Source of the DNA: Candidatus Saccharimonadales bacterium
Lineage (GTDB): Bacteria; Patescibacteriota; Saccharimonadia; Saccharimonadales; JAYRRP01
Reading direction: 5' to 3'
Length of the DNA stretch: 64,000 nt
Assembly (NCBI GenBank): GCA_041906765.1
Contig: JAYRIP010000004.1
Span: 68,223-132,222 of the forward strand
Below, in pieces: positions 19,467 through 29,327 of the stretch (position 1 is its first letter; every line of letters begins with the position of its first letter). A program made the position numbers and the translations under genes. Under the pieces are notes generated by a model that searched no databases, had not been told where the DNA came from, and saw nothing but the letters and a program-made list of their open reading frames with translations.

Positions 19467-20024
19467 ATGATAGAACATGAAAAGAAATACAGCATTCGTT
19501 TGACAGGAAAATTGCGGCAAAAAATTTTAGATTTTGGCTTTTTTGAAAAAGGCGATTCGCACCAGAGAGATACGTACTATAGTCGAAAAGATGTAGATTT
19601 TATGAAGACTAAGGAGTGTCTACGTATTCGCGAAGAAAGTGATACCGCTGAACTTACATATAAGCCACCTACAACTAAACAAATGCTTGAAAGTGATTCA
19701 ATATGGAAACAAGAGATCAATATAGCTATAAATCTAAAACAAATCGATGATCTAGATAAAATTTTGCAAGCGCTCGGCTGTAAAAAACTATGTACTGTGG
19801 ACAAAAAGCGTAAAACTTTTGTAAAACAACACATTACTATAGTAATAGATACCATTGCAAATCTTGGTAATTTTGTTGAGATTGAAATTTTAAATGATAA
19901 ACAGGATGATTCTGCAATAGATCAAATCAATAAAATAGCAAAAGAATTGGGCATTAATCAACAAAAGGTTGTCACTCTACCATATCGTGACTTACTTATG
20001 CTGTCACAAGGTTACACCTTTTAG
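19467..20024 (+). CDS. CYTH-domain protein (class IV adenylate cyclase / triphosphate tunnel metalloenzyme)
   Basis: IEHEKK, QRDTYY, LRIR, LTYK, VDKKR, D....LGNFVEIE, PYRDL. Confidence 0.92.
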   Translation: MIEHEKKYSIRLTGKLRQKILDFGFFEKGDSHQRDTYYSRKDVDFMKTKECLRIREESDTAELTYKPPTTKQMLESDSIWKQEINIAINLKQIDDLDKILQALGCKKLCTVDKKRKTFVKQHITIVIDTIANLGNFVEIEILNDKQDDSAIDQINKIAKELGINQQKVVTLPYRDLLMLSQGYTF

Positions 20025-20192
20025 CTGTACTTTAAATTGGTTCATATTAACTTTTAATGAGAACTATACGAATATAAAATCTCAAAGAAGTTATCTGACA
20101 GTCTACCTAAGAATCACCAAACCGATCACTAAGACATTCTGAAAGCCCACGTCATCTATGTCGCTAGGACCAGATGGTAGCTAAGCTGAAAT

Positions 20193-20278
20193 TGGTGCCG
20201 GGGGAGGGACTCGAACCCTCATGTCGCAAGGACACACGATTTTGAGTCGTGCGCGTCTACCGGTTCCGCCACCCCGGC
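20193..20278 (-). tRNA. tRNA-Leu(CAA)
   Basis: Reverse complement GCCGGGG..GGTAGACGC..CACGA-CTCAAAA-TCGTG..GGTTCGAGTCC..CCCCGGCACCA. Confidence 0.96.
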
Positions 20279-20364
20279 GAGAATGGGGTATATCTGATAG
20301 GATGGGCAGGGCAATTGTACTATACTTAAGTCGCATACTCTAGTTATCCTTATATATCGTAAAA

Positions 20365-21567
20365 ATGGACAATGAAGATAGCCGCACTACTAACTCAGGA
20401 ACCGAGAAGCCGCATGTGAGCGATGCAGCCGATTTAATCCGGCGTAAACTCGAGGCTATCTATGCGCAGGAACCAAGTGCCAAAGAAGAAATTCAGGAAA
20501 TTACCCACACCAGCCATCTAACATCGCACCAGCGATATATGGCGCAGCTGACCAAATCCGGCCTCTCTTTGGCTGAAATACAAACCGCGTGGCACGAATA
20601 CTACTCGCGCCTTTCCGACCAAGGCAAGCATGAGGTCTGGCAAGAATTTTATGAGACCCATAAAAAAGAGAAGGAAAGTGACCAAGCCGCGGTTGTCACC
20701 ATGCAAAGTCCTGTCCCATCTGAAACTTTAAAATTCCACGGGGCACCCAAGCATAAATCCCGTTTGCATAAATCAAAAACATCTCTGCAAACTGTCGCGC
20801 ATGTCAAAGACCAGTTACTAAAAAAACCGCGGCACGCTTCACGCAAAGCACTCAGCCGCAAACAGCACGCCCAGTCGCTGATGTTCGGCATTTCTTTTGG
20901 TTCCATAGCACTACTGGTATTTCTGTTCGGGTTTTTTAACGAACGGTTCGTGGCTCCCTTTATCACCCCAAGCCGGCAGGTCAGCTCCACGCCAATCATC
21001 AACGACCCGAACGATACCAGCGCCGGCCCGGAGACTAAAGTAATTATTCCAAAAATTAACGTTGAGATACCGGTAGTCTATGATGAAACATCTGTTGAGG
21101 AAAAAGCTGTCCAAAAAGCTTTGGAGCGTGGCGTATTGCACTATGCCACTACTCCCTCGCCAGGCGAAAAGGGCAACAGTGTTATTTTTGGCCACTCCAG
21201 CAACAACATTCTTAATCAAGGCAAGTACAAGTTTGCATTTGTTCTTTTAAGCCGTTTGGAATCAGGGGACACATTTTATTTGACATATGGAGGCACCCGT
21301 TACGCCTACAAGGTATATGAGAAAAAAATCGTCAAACCGAACGAACTTGGCGTGCTCGGTGACACCGGTAAACCAGCCACAGTAACACTTATTACATGCG
21401 ATCCGCCCGGCACTTCGCTAAACCGACTAGTGGTCATTGGAGAGCAAATTAATCCGGATCCAAACGCCAACAAAGCTAGCACGGCAGCAAAAACAGATAC
21501 ACAGCCCGCTATCATTCCAAGCAATGCCCCAAGCCTGTGGCAACGCATTAAAGACTTATTTCATTAA
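20365..21567 (+). CDS. Sortase with long cytoplasmic N-terminal extension
   Basis: IPKINV..P, PGEKGN.VIFGHS, VTLITCDP..R catalytic His/Cys/Arg; internal TM at about aa 170-190. Confidence 0.9.
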   Translation: MDNEDSRTTNSGTEKPHVSDAADLIRRKLEAIYAQEPSAKEEIQEITHTSHLTSHQRYMAQLTKSGLSLAEIQTAWHEYYSRLSDQGKHEVWQEFYETHKKEKESDQAAVVTMQSPVPSETLKFHGAPKHKSRLHKSKTSLQTVAHVKDQLLKKPRHASRKALSRKQHAQSLMFGISFGSIALLVFLFGFFNERFVAPFITPSRQVSSTPIINDPNDTSAGPETKVIIPKINVEIPVVYDETSVEEKAVQKALERGVLHYATTPSPGEKGNSVIFGHSSNNILNQGKYKFAFVLLSRLESGDTFYLTYGGTRYAYKVYEKKIVKPNELGVLGDTGKPATVTLITCDPPGTSLNRLVVIGEQINPDPNANKASTAAKTDTQPAIIPSNAPSLWQRIKDLFH

Positions 21568-23039
21568 GGCTTCAATTTTAGGGCAGTTTGAGTCAGGGCA
21601 TATTTCCCTGGCGCCCCCACTGAAGGTCCAACTGTAAAGAGAAATACGCGGTCGCGATCAAACAAGGGAATATGCCCCGGGCTGATAGGTGCCAGAGTCT
21701 GTAAATTGATGCCATCATAATCAAACACAATGGTCTTACCCTCCACATTGAGAAGCAGCCTGTGTCCGTCCATCCAAGTCGCAAAGTTGTCAGATGCTAC
21801 CGGTAACTTTACGTCATATGAAAATCGCCGGTCATACTCAGCGTCATACACGGCAAATTTACTCCCATTTTGGGCTGCAATGAAACGGGCATTGTCCGAA
21901 AAACTGATACGTTTCACCTTGTCCAGCCTAAGTATCATAATGGGGGCAATCTCTTGTTGGTTGGCATGTTTGGCCACTTCTATCGGGTCTTTATAGACAT
22001 AAACCTTATCCTCATTCTTTGAGCCAGCAGCTGCGTACCATTTATTATCAAACTTAGCCAAATCAAGTACGTATTCGGCGCCCGTTTTAAAGTAGTGAAT
22101 TAAGTGCTCCGCATCACCATCTCTGATCTTCAACGCCAACATGCCAGGCTTCTTGCCATCATCAGTAATATATAGCATGGTATTATCGCCGTGCGGTTTA
22201 AATGCAACCACCTTAGTCAAAAATGGTGTTAATGTCTTTGGTTTCACATCGGCCACTTGTAAAAGCTGAGAGATTGCTTGGTACACATATAACTTGTCGA
22301 ACTGTTTGTCACGCATGGCGACTTCAGTCATTTCCAGACCAAGCGTTCGGTTCACGTTAAACGAAGCGGCTGGGGTCTCGCGGTCAACCATAATGAATTC
22401 ATACTTGTCGCCAAAAGTGTGCTTGAGTAGCACGTGACGATTATCCGTCGACCACTCAACAAATTGATATGCTTGAGAAGCGGGGGAAGTAGTCAAGAGA
22501 TTATCCGGTAATGTCAATACTGTCACTGGCAACGTTTCTTTTGATAAATCATATAGGTCAAATTTCTGCAAAGTTGCAGTTTGTTGTATGAGCAACCACT
22601 TGCGGTCAGGGCTTTCAGTTGATAGCCCTGGCACGGTGCTATAGAGCTGTGCATCTTTAGTCACCAGTTTTTCAGGGAAAAGGGTAGGATAAATAAACCT
22701 CTCTATACTGCCACCCTCCAAGGTGAAGTTACGCTTCCACGGCCGGTACCCATCGCGTTTGAGTTCCAGGCTATACTGACCGACCGGAAGCTCCATTCTG
22801 GTGGCAGTCCGATCCTTATATCGTTGTCCATTCAAATAAACATCGGCTGATTCGGGGTGAGCATCAATAAAAACCATCCCATTTTGCACTACTTCACCTG
22901 TCTTGCGATCAAAATCATATCCATAGGCGCGGAATAACAAGACAAGCGAACCCAGTGCCAAGGCAACCGCGACCAGAAAATAACCAATATAGAGGCGTAT
23001 TAGGTGCTGCTTTTTTTTCTTAGGGTCGAGAAAATCCAT
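21564..23039 (-). CDS. PEGA-domain protein with probable beta-propeller
   Basis: TM, G.V.IDAHP..ADVYLNG..G.Y.LELKRDGYRPW; SPDRK/WSTDNR repeats; start MDFLD. Confidence 0.75.
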   Translation of the reverse strand: MDFLDPKKKKQHLIRLYIGYFLVAVALALGSLVLLFRAYGYDFDRKTGEVVQNGMVFIDAHPESADVYLNGQRYKDRTATRMELPVGQYSLELKRDGYRPWKRNFTLEGGSIERFIYPTLFPEKLVTKDAQLYSTVPGLSTESPDRKWLLIQQTATLQKFDLYDLSKETLPVTVLTLPDNLLTTSPASQAYQFVEWSTDNRHVLLKHTFGDKYEFIMVDRETPAASFNVNRTLGLEMTEVAMRDKQFDKLYVYQAISQLLQVADVKPKTLTPFLTKVVAFKPHGDNTMLYITDDGKKPGMLALKIRDGDAEHLIHYFKTGAEYVLDLAKFDNKWYAAAGSKNEDKVYVYKDPIEVAKHANQQEIAPIMILRLDKVKRISFSDNARFIAAQNGSKFAVYDAEYDRRFSYDVKLPVASDNFATWMDGHRLLLNVEGKTIVFDYDGINLQTLAPISPGHIPLFDRDRVFLFTVGPSVGAPGKYALTQTALKLKP

Positions 23040-23163
23040 AGATTCCAGGAGATAGTGTACTCCAATCATGGCCAAAGTTCACGGCCCTGTATATAAATTT
23101 GCGAGCTTGTAAAGTAAGCGAATTGCTATTACTATAGACGTATCATAAGCAGTATGTGCTGCG

Positions 23164-24336
23164 GTGTATGAAAGACCAAAAATGAACAAGGCAACGAAGG
23201 CGAACACAATCACTTTCAATGGGCATTTGTATGATGCCAGGACTGGCCAACCCCTCCACCAGCGCTCTACATCACATTTCCGTCGACAAGATAATGCCAG
23301 TAAGCAACGCACAGTAGACGGCATTACCAGACGCCAGGCGAGCACATCTCCTACAAAAGGCAGGCAGCAGACTGTTCAGTCTCCTGCCGCTAGCCACGCC
23401 AAAGAGCAAATTATTCACCCAAAACATGCTCCTCACCAAAAAGCTGCGCATGCACATGCCATACACCAGCGAACTACCCGGCCGAATACACTCATGCGCA
23501 CAACAGTTAAGAAGCCAGCAGCGTCCAAGATTCATTCCTTGAATTCACCGCTTCTGTCAAACAGTAACCTTGAAATATCTGCACCTAGCTCGCTCGAACA
23601 CTCTGCCGATCGGATCATTCATGCTCCACGAGTTGCAAAAAGCAAACTCATCAGCCGGTTCAACATCGTGGAGGCCCCTGCAGTTGCGAAAACACACGCT
23701 TCCAGTCTCACGGTCCGGCCACACCCCGAAGAATCTCCCGCCACTGCGCCACATTTGGCAACAGACCCCCCCGCAGCCCGGATTTCTGCCGCCACCGAAA
23801 TGTTTGAAGCAGCCATGAACAAAGCGGACAGCCACAAGCAAAAATCAATCCCGCACTCACACCGATCAAAGCTAGGCATTAGCAGAAAAGCCCGTAACGT
23901 TGGGGCAATCACTGCCGCTAGCGTATTGATTATTGGCTTTATTGTTATCCACAATACACCAAATCTGTCGATGAAGCTTGCGTCTAGTCGCGCAGACGTA
24001 CATGGCTCGTTACCGGCCTATCGCTTATCCGGTTTTTCGATGCAGCGACCGGCTTACACGCAGGGCGAAATTGTACTGAATTTTCATTCAAACAACCATG
24101 ACAACCGCAATTTTACGGTAGTGCAGAAGAGCGCCCCTGGTCTACCTTATGACCTCGAACAGCAGTTTCTCCAGCAACAAAGCGTCGCTTACCAACGCCA
24201 TGAACAGAATGGTAGGACCATCTATCTATACGGCGATAACAATGCAACCTGGGTAGAAAATAGTACATGGTATGATCTGCGCGGAGACGCTCAGCTTACC
24301 GCAGACCAGGTTTTGAAATTTGCCGCAAGTTTCTAA
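23164..24336 (+). CDS. Hypothetical membrane protein (basic disordered N-terminus, TM, DUF4367-like C-domain)
   Basis: 390-aa ORF; LPAY..SGF and ATWVEN..WY.L.G.....V..FA tail. Confidence 0.65.
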   Translation: MYERPKMNKATKANTITFNGHLYDARTGQPLHQRSTSHFRRQDNASKQRTVDGITRRQASTSPTKGRQQTVQSPAASHAKEQIIHPKHAPHQKAAHAHAIHQRTTRPNTLMRTTVKKPAASKIHSLNSPLLSNSNLEISAPSSLEHSADRIIHAPRVAKSKLISRFNIVEAPAVAKTHASSLTVRPHPEESPATAPHLATDPPAARISAATEMFEAAMNKADSHKQKSIPHSHRSKLGISRKARNVGAITAASVLIIGFIVIHNTPNLSMKLASSRADVHGSLPAYRLSGFSMQRPAYTQGEIVLNFHSNNHDNRNFTVVQKSAPGLPYDLEQQFLQQQSVAYQRHEQNGRTIYLYGDNNATWVENSTWYDLRGDAQLTADQVLKFAASF

Positions 24337-24358
24337 ATAACTTCCTTGTCGGCCTAAA

Positions 24359-24379
24359 GCGGGTAAAGCCCGCATTTTT
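24359..24379 (+). terminator. Probable intrinsic terminator
   Basis: GCGGG-TAAAG-CCCGC followed by ATTTTT. Confidence 0.5.
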
Positions 24380-24396
24380 GTGGCATACTTGGGGTA

Positions 24397-25833
24397 ATGA
24401 GTACGGCACGCACCAGATTCGCACCCAGCCCAACCGGCTTTATGCATGTTGGCGGAGCCCGCACCGCTTTATTTGCCTGGTTACTCGCAAAACAGAAGGG
24501 CGGACAGTTCATCTTACGGATCGAGGACACCGATCGCTCGAGGGAAGTACAGGGCTCAGTTCAACATATTATCGAATCGCTCTCGTGGCTAGGCCTCATT
24601 TGGGATGAAGGCCCTGATAAAGGTGGGCCGAATGGCCCCTATCTACAGAGTGAGCGCCTTGCTATATATCATGAATGGGCGCTAAAACTAATCGAAAAGG
24701 GCAGGGCTTATGCTGATCCGTATTCGCCCGAGGAACTGCACCAATTCCGAGAACGTGCAAAAGCCCAAAGCAAACCCTTCCTATTTAGGGACTGGCGGCC
24801 TACCGAGCCACCTAAGTGGAACGGCAAACTTCCACTCAGGTTTAAGTCGAATCCTCGGGAATTTTCATGGCACGATGAAGTCATGGGCGAATTGCACGCC
24901 GGGCCCGAGGCTTGCGATGATTTTATTCTTATAAAGTCAGATGGCTATCCTACCTATAACTTTGCACACATTATCGATGACCACCTCATGAACATTACTC
25001 ATGTTATCCGCTCACAGGAGTTTATTGCTTCAGTGCCAAAATACCTCGATCTGTATGAAGCGCTTGATCTTAAGCCACCGATATTCGCCACGTTACCTTT
25101 TGTCATGGGAGCCGGCGGCAAAAGAAAGCTGAGCAAACGTGATGGAGCAAAGGACATTATGGAATATGCCCGCCTCGGATACCTGCCAGCGGCTATGATG
25201 AATTTCTTGGCCAGTCTGGGCTGGAATGATGGTACTGAGCAGGAGCTTTTCACCATCGAAGAGTTACAACAAAAATTCAGCTTAGCAAGGGTGCAGAAGA
25301 GTGGGGCAGTGTTTGATGAAGCCCGCCTGCTTTGGATGGACGGTGCCCACATGCGGCGTTTATCACTAGAGGAACTGTCTCAACTAGCAGCACAATTTTG
25401 GCCACCCGAAGCCAACAATGCATCCAAAGACTATAAAGACGCCGTACTATCGCTGGTCCACGAAAGATTGAAGTACCTGGCAGAGTTGCCGGATCTGACA
25501 AAATTCTTTTTTACCGACCCAGAACTTATGACGGAAAGCTTTGCAAATGCATCGTCAGATAGTATGGATATAGTGGAATTATTGCATGATACGGCGGTCG
25601 ATCTCCAAAACAGCGAGTTTGATGAAGCCGACCTGGAACAGCGCTTAAGAGCACTTGCCCAAGCAAAAAATATTAAACCCAGTACTCTGTTTCAGACAAT
25701 TCGCATTAGTATCACCGGATCAAAAGTAGCACCCGGTCTGTTCGAGACTCTTCATGCTCTGGGCAAAGAGACAAGTTTGCGTAGGCTGGAGCAGGCTATA
25801 CAAGTACTTCGGTCAGCCATTAATAAAGTATAG
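24397..25833 (+). CDS. gltX: Glutamate--tRNA ligase
   Basis: RTRFAPSPTGFMHVGGAR, LRIEDTD, KLSKR. Confidence 0.97.
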   Translation: MSTARTRFAPSPTGFMHVGGARTALFAWLLAKQKGGQFILRIEDTDRSREVQGSVQHIIESLSWLGLIWDEGPDKGGPNGPYLQSERLAIYHEWALKLIEKGRAYADPYSPEELHQFRERAKAQSKPFLFRDWRPTEPPKWNGKLPLRFKSNPREFSWHDEVMGELHAGPEACDDFILIKSDGYPTYNFAHIIDDHLMNITHVIRSQEFIASVPKYLDLYEALDLKPPIFATLPFVMGAGGKRKLSKRDGAKDIMEYARLGYLPAAMMNFLASLGWNDGTEQELFTIEELQQKFSLARVQKSGAVFDEARLLWMDGAHMRRLSLEELSQLAAQFWPPEANNASKDYKDAVLSLVHERLKYLAELPDLTKFFFTDPELMTESFANASSDSMDIVELLHDTAVDLQNSEFDEADLEQRLRALAQAKNIKPSTLFQTIRISITGSKVAPGLFETLHALGKETSLRRLEQAIQVLRSAINKV

Positions 25834-25878
25834 CCAACCGGTTTTTACTTAAGCACAAGCGCTGTTACAATATCAGGC

Positions 25879-27141
25879 ATGGATGATATCATACCGCCGG
25901 AACGAACTACCGGCCCTCTTGAAGAACGGCTCGAATTTTCCGAAGCCCACACCGAAAAAGACCTAAGCACTGAAGCAGAAAGCAGCTTATCTAAAGAATC
26001 ATCTGATAACACCGATAAAGCCCGGGCTAACGATAATATACAGTCCCAGCCGCCGAAACAAAAAAAACCTCATCGAAAAAATGTGAAAGACTGGTTCCTG
26101 GGTTTGAGCCGTAAACAGAAATTTATTTTTGTAGGTATCGTTGCTGGTCTGTTGATAGCCCTAGCAGGCGGATTATTTTTTGTACTACAAAAGCCAAAGC
26201 CAACACCAGCCAAAGTGTCACAGGCTCCGGCACCAGCACCGGCGCCCCCAAAAACTACCGAGCCTTCCAAGTTATCCGGGGTAGAAGTGCCACTCGAGAA
26301 AAATAAACTGCCTGTCATCGGTATAATGATCGAGAATAGTCCTGACGCCCGACCGCAATCCGGCCTGACGCAAGCAGGGGTTGTTTTTGAAGCAATCGCC
26401 GAAGGTGGCATTACCCGCTTCCTGGCCTTGTTCCAGGAAAACCAGGTTGAATATGTCGGGCCTGTCCGCAGTGTTCGGCCTTATTATCTTGACTGGGTCC
26501 AAGGGTTCGATGCTCCGATTGCCCATGTGGGTGGCAGCGCCGATGCACTGGCAGCTTTGCGGCGCGGCGGTTATAAGGATCTCGACCAATTTTCCAATAG
26601 TGCCGCTTACTGGCGCATAAAAGAGCGTTACGCCCCACACAATATGTACACCAGCTTGCCAAAACTAGTCGATGCAGCCAACCAGAAAAAGTTCGTCCCT
26701 ACGAACTTTGACAGCTTCCCACGCAAGGCCGAAAAAGCCTCACCAACGCCTAGTGCGAAGTCAATAGACCTGGGATTGTCAGGATTCCTCTATAACGCAC
26801 ACTTCGACTACGATGCTGCTACCAACAGCTACAAACGCAGCGAAGCGAATAAACCGCATGTCGATGAAAAGTCTGGTCAACAGATTGCACCCAAGGTAGT
26901 TATTGCTTGTGTGGCACAATATGCCGCCGCTTACAATGGTGTAAATAGCGCCTACAACTCAGTAGGTGAAGGCAAGGTCTATGTCTTCCAAGACGGCATT
27001 ATGACTGAAGGAACATGGAAAAAGACTAGCGGCAAAAGCCAGATTACTTTTACAGGCACCGACGGCAAACCGATAGCACTCAACCCCGGCCAAACCTGGA
27101 TCACATTCGTGGGCGGTACAGATAAGGTATCTGCAAAGTAA
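25879..27141 (+). CDS. DUF3048-domain membrane-anchored protein
   Basis: MIENSPDARPQSGL, EGGITRFLA, GPVRSVR, APHNMY, LNPGQTWI. Confidence 0.88.
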   Translation: MDDIIPPERTTGPLEERLEFSEAHTEKDLSTEAESSLSKESSDNTDKARANDNIQSQPPKQKKPHRKNVKDWFLGLSRKQKFIFVGIVAGLLIALAGGLFFVLQKPKPTPAKVSQAPAPAPAPPKTTEPSKLSGVEVPLEKNKLPVIGIMIENSPDARPQSGLTQAGVVFEAIAEGGITRFLALFQENQVEYVGPVRSVRPYYLDWVQGFDAPIAHVGGSADALAALRRGGYKDLDQFSNSAAYWRIKERYAPHNMYTSLPKLVDAANQKKFVPTNFDSFPRKAEKASPTPSAKSIDLGLSGFLYNAHFDYDAATNSYKRSEANKPHVDEKSGQQIAPKVVIACVAQYAAAYNGVNSAYNSVGEGKVYVFQDGIMTEGTWKKTSGKSQITFTGTDGKPIALNPGQTWITFVGGTDKVSAK

Positions 27142-27178
27142 ACTGGTAGAATTAGCTCCAGACACGTACAATCCCAAT

Positions 27179-27538
27179 ATGGCTGTGCATGAGGAAAATC
27201 CTGACAACGTATCAGTAAACCGCGGCTTTCCTAATGCCGCTCTTGACCATACGCTCTCCGGTCTTGATCTCGGTCAGCTGCTTATAAAGAATCCTGCGGG
27301 TACTTTCTTTTGGAGAGTAGAGGGGAACAGCGGCAACGAACACGGCATTTATCACAATGATATTTTAGTGGTCGACCGCACTTTAAAGCCGCTGGCGCAT
27401 GACCTTGTCCTCTGGTGGCAAGACGATTATTTTTGTATTACTCATTTAAAACAGCTGCCAAAACACACCTCTATATGGGGAGTGATTACCTATAGTATCC
27501 ACCCACGCCGCCTATCTCGGCCAACGAGCAGCAATTGA
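27179..27538 (+). CDS. UmuD-like S24 protein (degenerate catalytic dyad)
   Basis: GFPNAA, LDL.QLLIKNP..TFF.RV.G.S, DILVVDR, IWGVIT. Confidence 0.8.
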   Translation: MAVHEENPDNVSVNRGFPNAALDHTLSGLDLGQLLIKNPAGTFFWRVEGNSGNEHGIYHNDILVVDRTLKPLAHDLVLWWQDDYFCITHLKQLPKHTSIWGVITYSIHPRRLSRPTSSN

Positions 27539-27600
27539 CAAAACTCTATAGCTTAAGTACAACTTATACTAAAGTTATAAAATAGAAAGGTACCTAAATA

Positions 27601-27993
27601 ATGGTCAAAAACACAAAGAAACTTAAAGAGGCGCCGCGCTTCAATCCCCTGAATGTTTTCTTACTTGTGTCATTTTTCATAGTTGCCGGCATCGCATTTT
27701 ACCAGCTCACTTTTGCAGCCACCTGTCCAACACTAAAGAGCGGTTCACGGGGTGCGTGTGTGCGTCAACTACAACAAGACCTCAATGCTTTAGGCGCAAA
27801 TCCCCAGCTCACAGAAGATGGCAGGTTTGGGCCAACCACACGATATGCAGTGGAACAATACCAATCACAAAAAAGCTTAAAGGTGGATGGTATTGTCGGA
27901 CGTCAGACCAAAAAAGCCATTACAAGTGATATTCAAGTTTCCTGGCAATGCTTCATTTACGCCCAACAGGGAAGACCTTGTAGCACCATTTGA
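27601..27993 (+). CDS. Peptidoglycan-binding domain protein (PG_binding_1) with N-terminal TM
   Basis: TLKSGSRG..V..LQ..L...DG.FGP.T..AV..YQ....L.VDGIVG..T. Confidence 0.88.
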   Translation: MVKNTKKLKEAPRFNPLNVFLLVSFFIVAGIAFYQLTFAATCPTLKSGSRGACVRQLQQDLNALGANPQLTEDGRFGPTTRYAVEQYQSQKSLKVDGIVGRQTKKAITSDIQVSWQCFIYAQQGRPCSTI

Positions 27994-28034
27994 CGGCCCT
28001 GGCATCTGCTGAACCAGCAGGCTAAGATAGGTGC

Positions 28035-29327
28035 GTGGGAAATAGCCAAACTCTTTTTGCGCTTATCGATTGCAACAATTTTTTTGTCAGTTGTGAGCGT
28101 CTGTTCGCGCCGGCACTCAATAATAAGCCAGTGGTGGTACTGTCGAGTAATGATGGTTGTGTGGTCGCCCGCTCGAACGAAGCAAAGGCAATCGGTATTC
28201 CTATGGGAGCACCTGCGTTTAAATTCCAGCAAATATTCAACCAGCATCAAGTAGCAAAGTTTTCAGCCAATTTCGAACTCTATGGCGACATATCGAGGCG
28301 AATTATCCAGGTATTGACAACTATCACTCCTCGCCTTGAAGTGTATTCGATAGACGAGGCGTTTTTAGATATCAGCCAGTTAGCGGTAAAAGACCCTGCA
28401 CGTTGGGGAAGAAAGGTAAGAAATGAGATTTTCAAAACGACTGGCATACCTGTCTCAATCGGTATCGCACCGACGAAAACCCTGGCTAAGCTAGCCAGCG
28501 ACCGTGCAAAGAAGAATCCGGATTTACAAGGCGTCTTGCATTTGACAGGTAACACCCACTCTATCGATGAGCTTATGCAACAAACACCCGTAGAAGGTGT
28601 CTGGGGCATAGGCAGAAAACTTGCCCCGAAGCTTAGAGCAGAGGGAGTAACAAACGCTTTTGAACTCGCGCGCCAACCAACGACACTTGCCCGGCAGCGC
28701 ATGGGCTTACGCGGCGAACAAGTTGTCAGAGAATTACAAGGCACCAGCTGTTTACCCCTCGCGTCATCCGTCAGTAAATCAAAGAGTATTGCCCGCACCC
28801 GCACTTTTGGCGAAGACACCGATCAACTCCATGTCATTGAGGCAGCCATCGCGAATTTCACTACCCGTGCAGCCTTCTGTTTGCGCCAATCAGGGCAACT
28901 GACACGCCGTTGCGGTGTATTCCTTATGACAAACCGTCATAAGCCAGGTTTTCGGGTGTGGAGTAGTGAGATTACCTTTGGTCAACCCACTGCTGACAGC
29001 GGACTGCTTATTCAGCACTTGGTTGCAGCAGTGGCAAAGCTTTACCAGGATCAATATTGGTACCACCGTGCCGGAATCTGGCTCCATGATTTCGTGGGTG
29101 CCACTGTCCTGCAAACCGATCTATTTGGTGGAATAGATACCCGAAAACATGATAGAAGCACCTCTCGAATGCAAGCAATTGATCACCTCAATCACCGCTA
29201 TGGAAAAAACACCGTGCACTTTGCCGCCGAAGATCTTGCCAATGATTGGGAGCCTAAACATATACTGCGTAGTCCCCGTTACGTCTCAAGATGGGAAGAG
29301 TTGCCCACGGCAAAATTCCTAAATTAA
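28035..29327 (+). CDS. umuC: Y-family DNA polymerase V catalytic subunit
   Basis: LIDCNNFFVSCER, LSSNDGCVVARS.EAK, YSIDEAF, C-terminal SPRY..RW.ELP. Confidence 0.93.
   Translation: MGNSQTLFALIDCNNFFVSCERLFAPALNNKPVVVLSSNDGCVVARSNEAKAIGIPMGAPAFKFQQIFNQHQVAKFSANFELYGDISRRIIQVLTTITPRLEVYSIDEAFLDISQLAVKDPARWGRKVRNEIFKTTGIPVSIGIAPTKTLAKLASDRAKKNPDLQGVLHLTGNTHSIDELMQQTPVEGVWGIGRKLAPKLRAEGVTNAFELARQPTTLARQRMGLRGEQVVRELQGTSCLPLASSVSKSKSIARTRTFGEDTDQLHVIEAAIANFTTRAAFCLRQSGQLTRRCGVFLMTNRHKPGFRVWSSEITFGQPTADSGLLIQHLVAAVAKLYQDQYWYHRAGIWLHDFVGATVLQTDLFGGIDTRKHDRSTSRMQAIDHLNHRYGKNTVHFAAEDLANDWEPKHILRSPRYVSRWEELPTAKFLN

Noticed and set aside
16665-20192. att direct repeat or integrase bounding the tRNA-Leu island
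   Set aside because: No duplicate of the tRNA-Leu 3' end and no recombinase found by eye, so not called a mobile element
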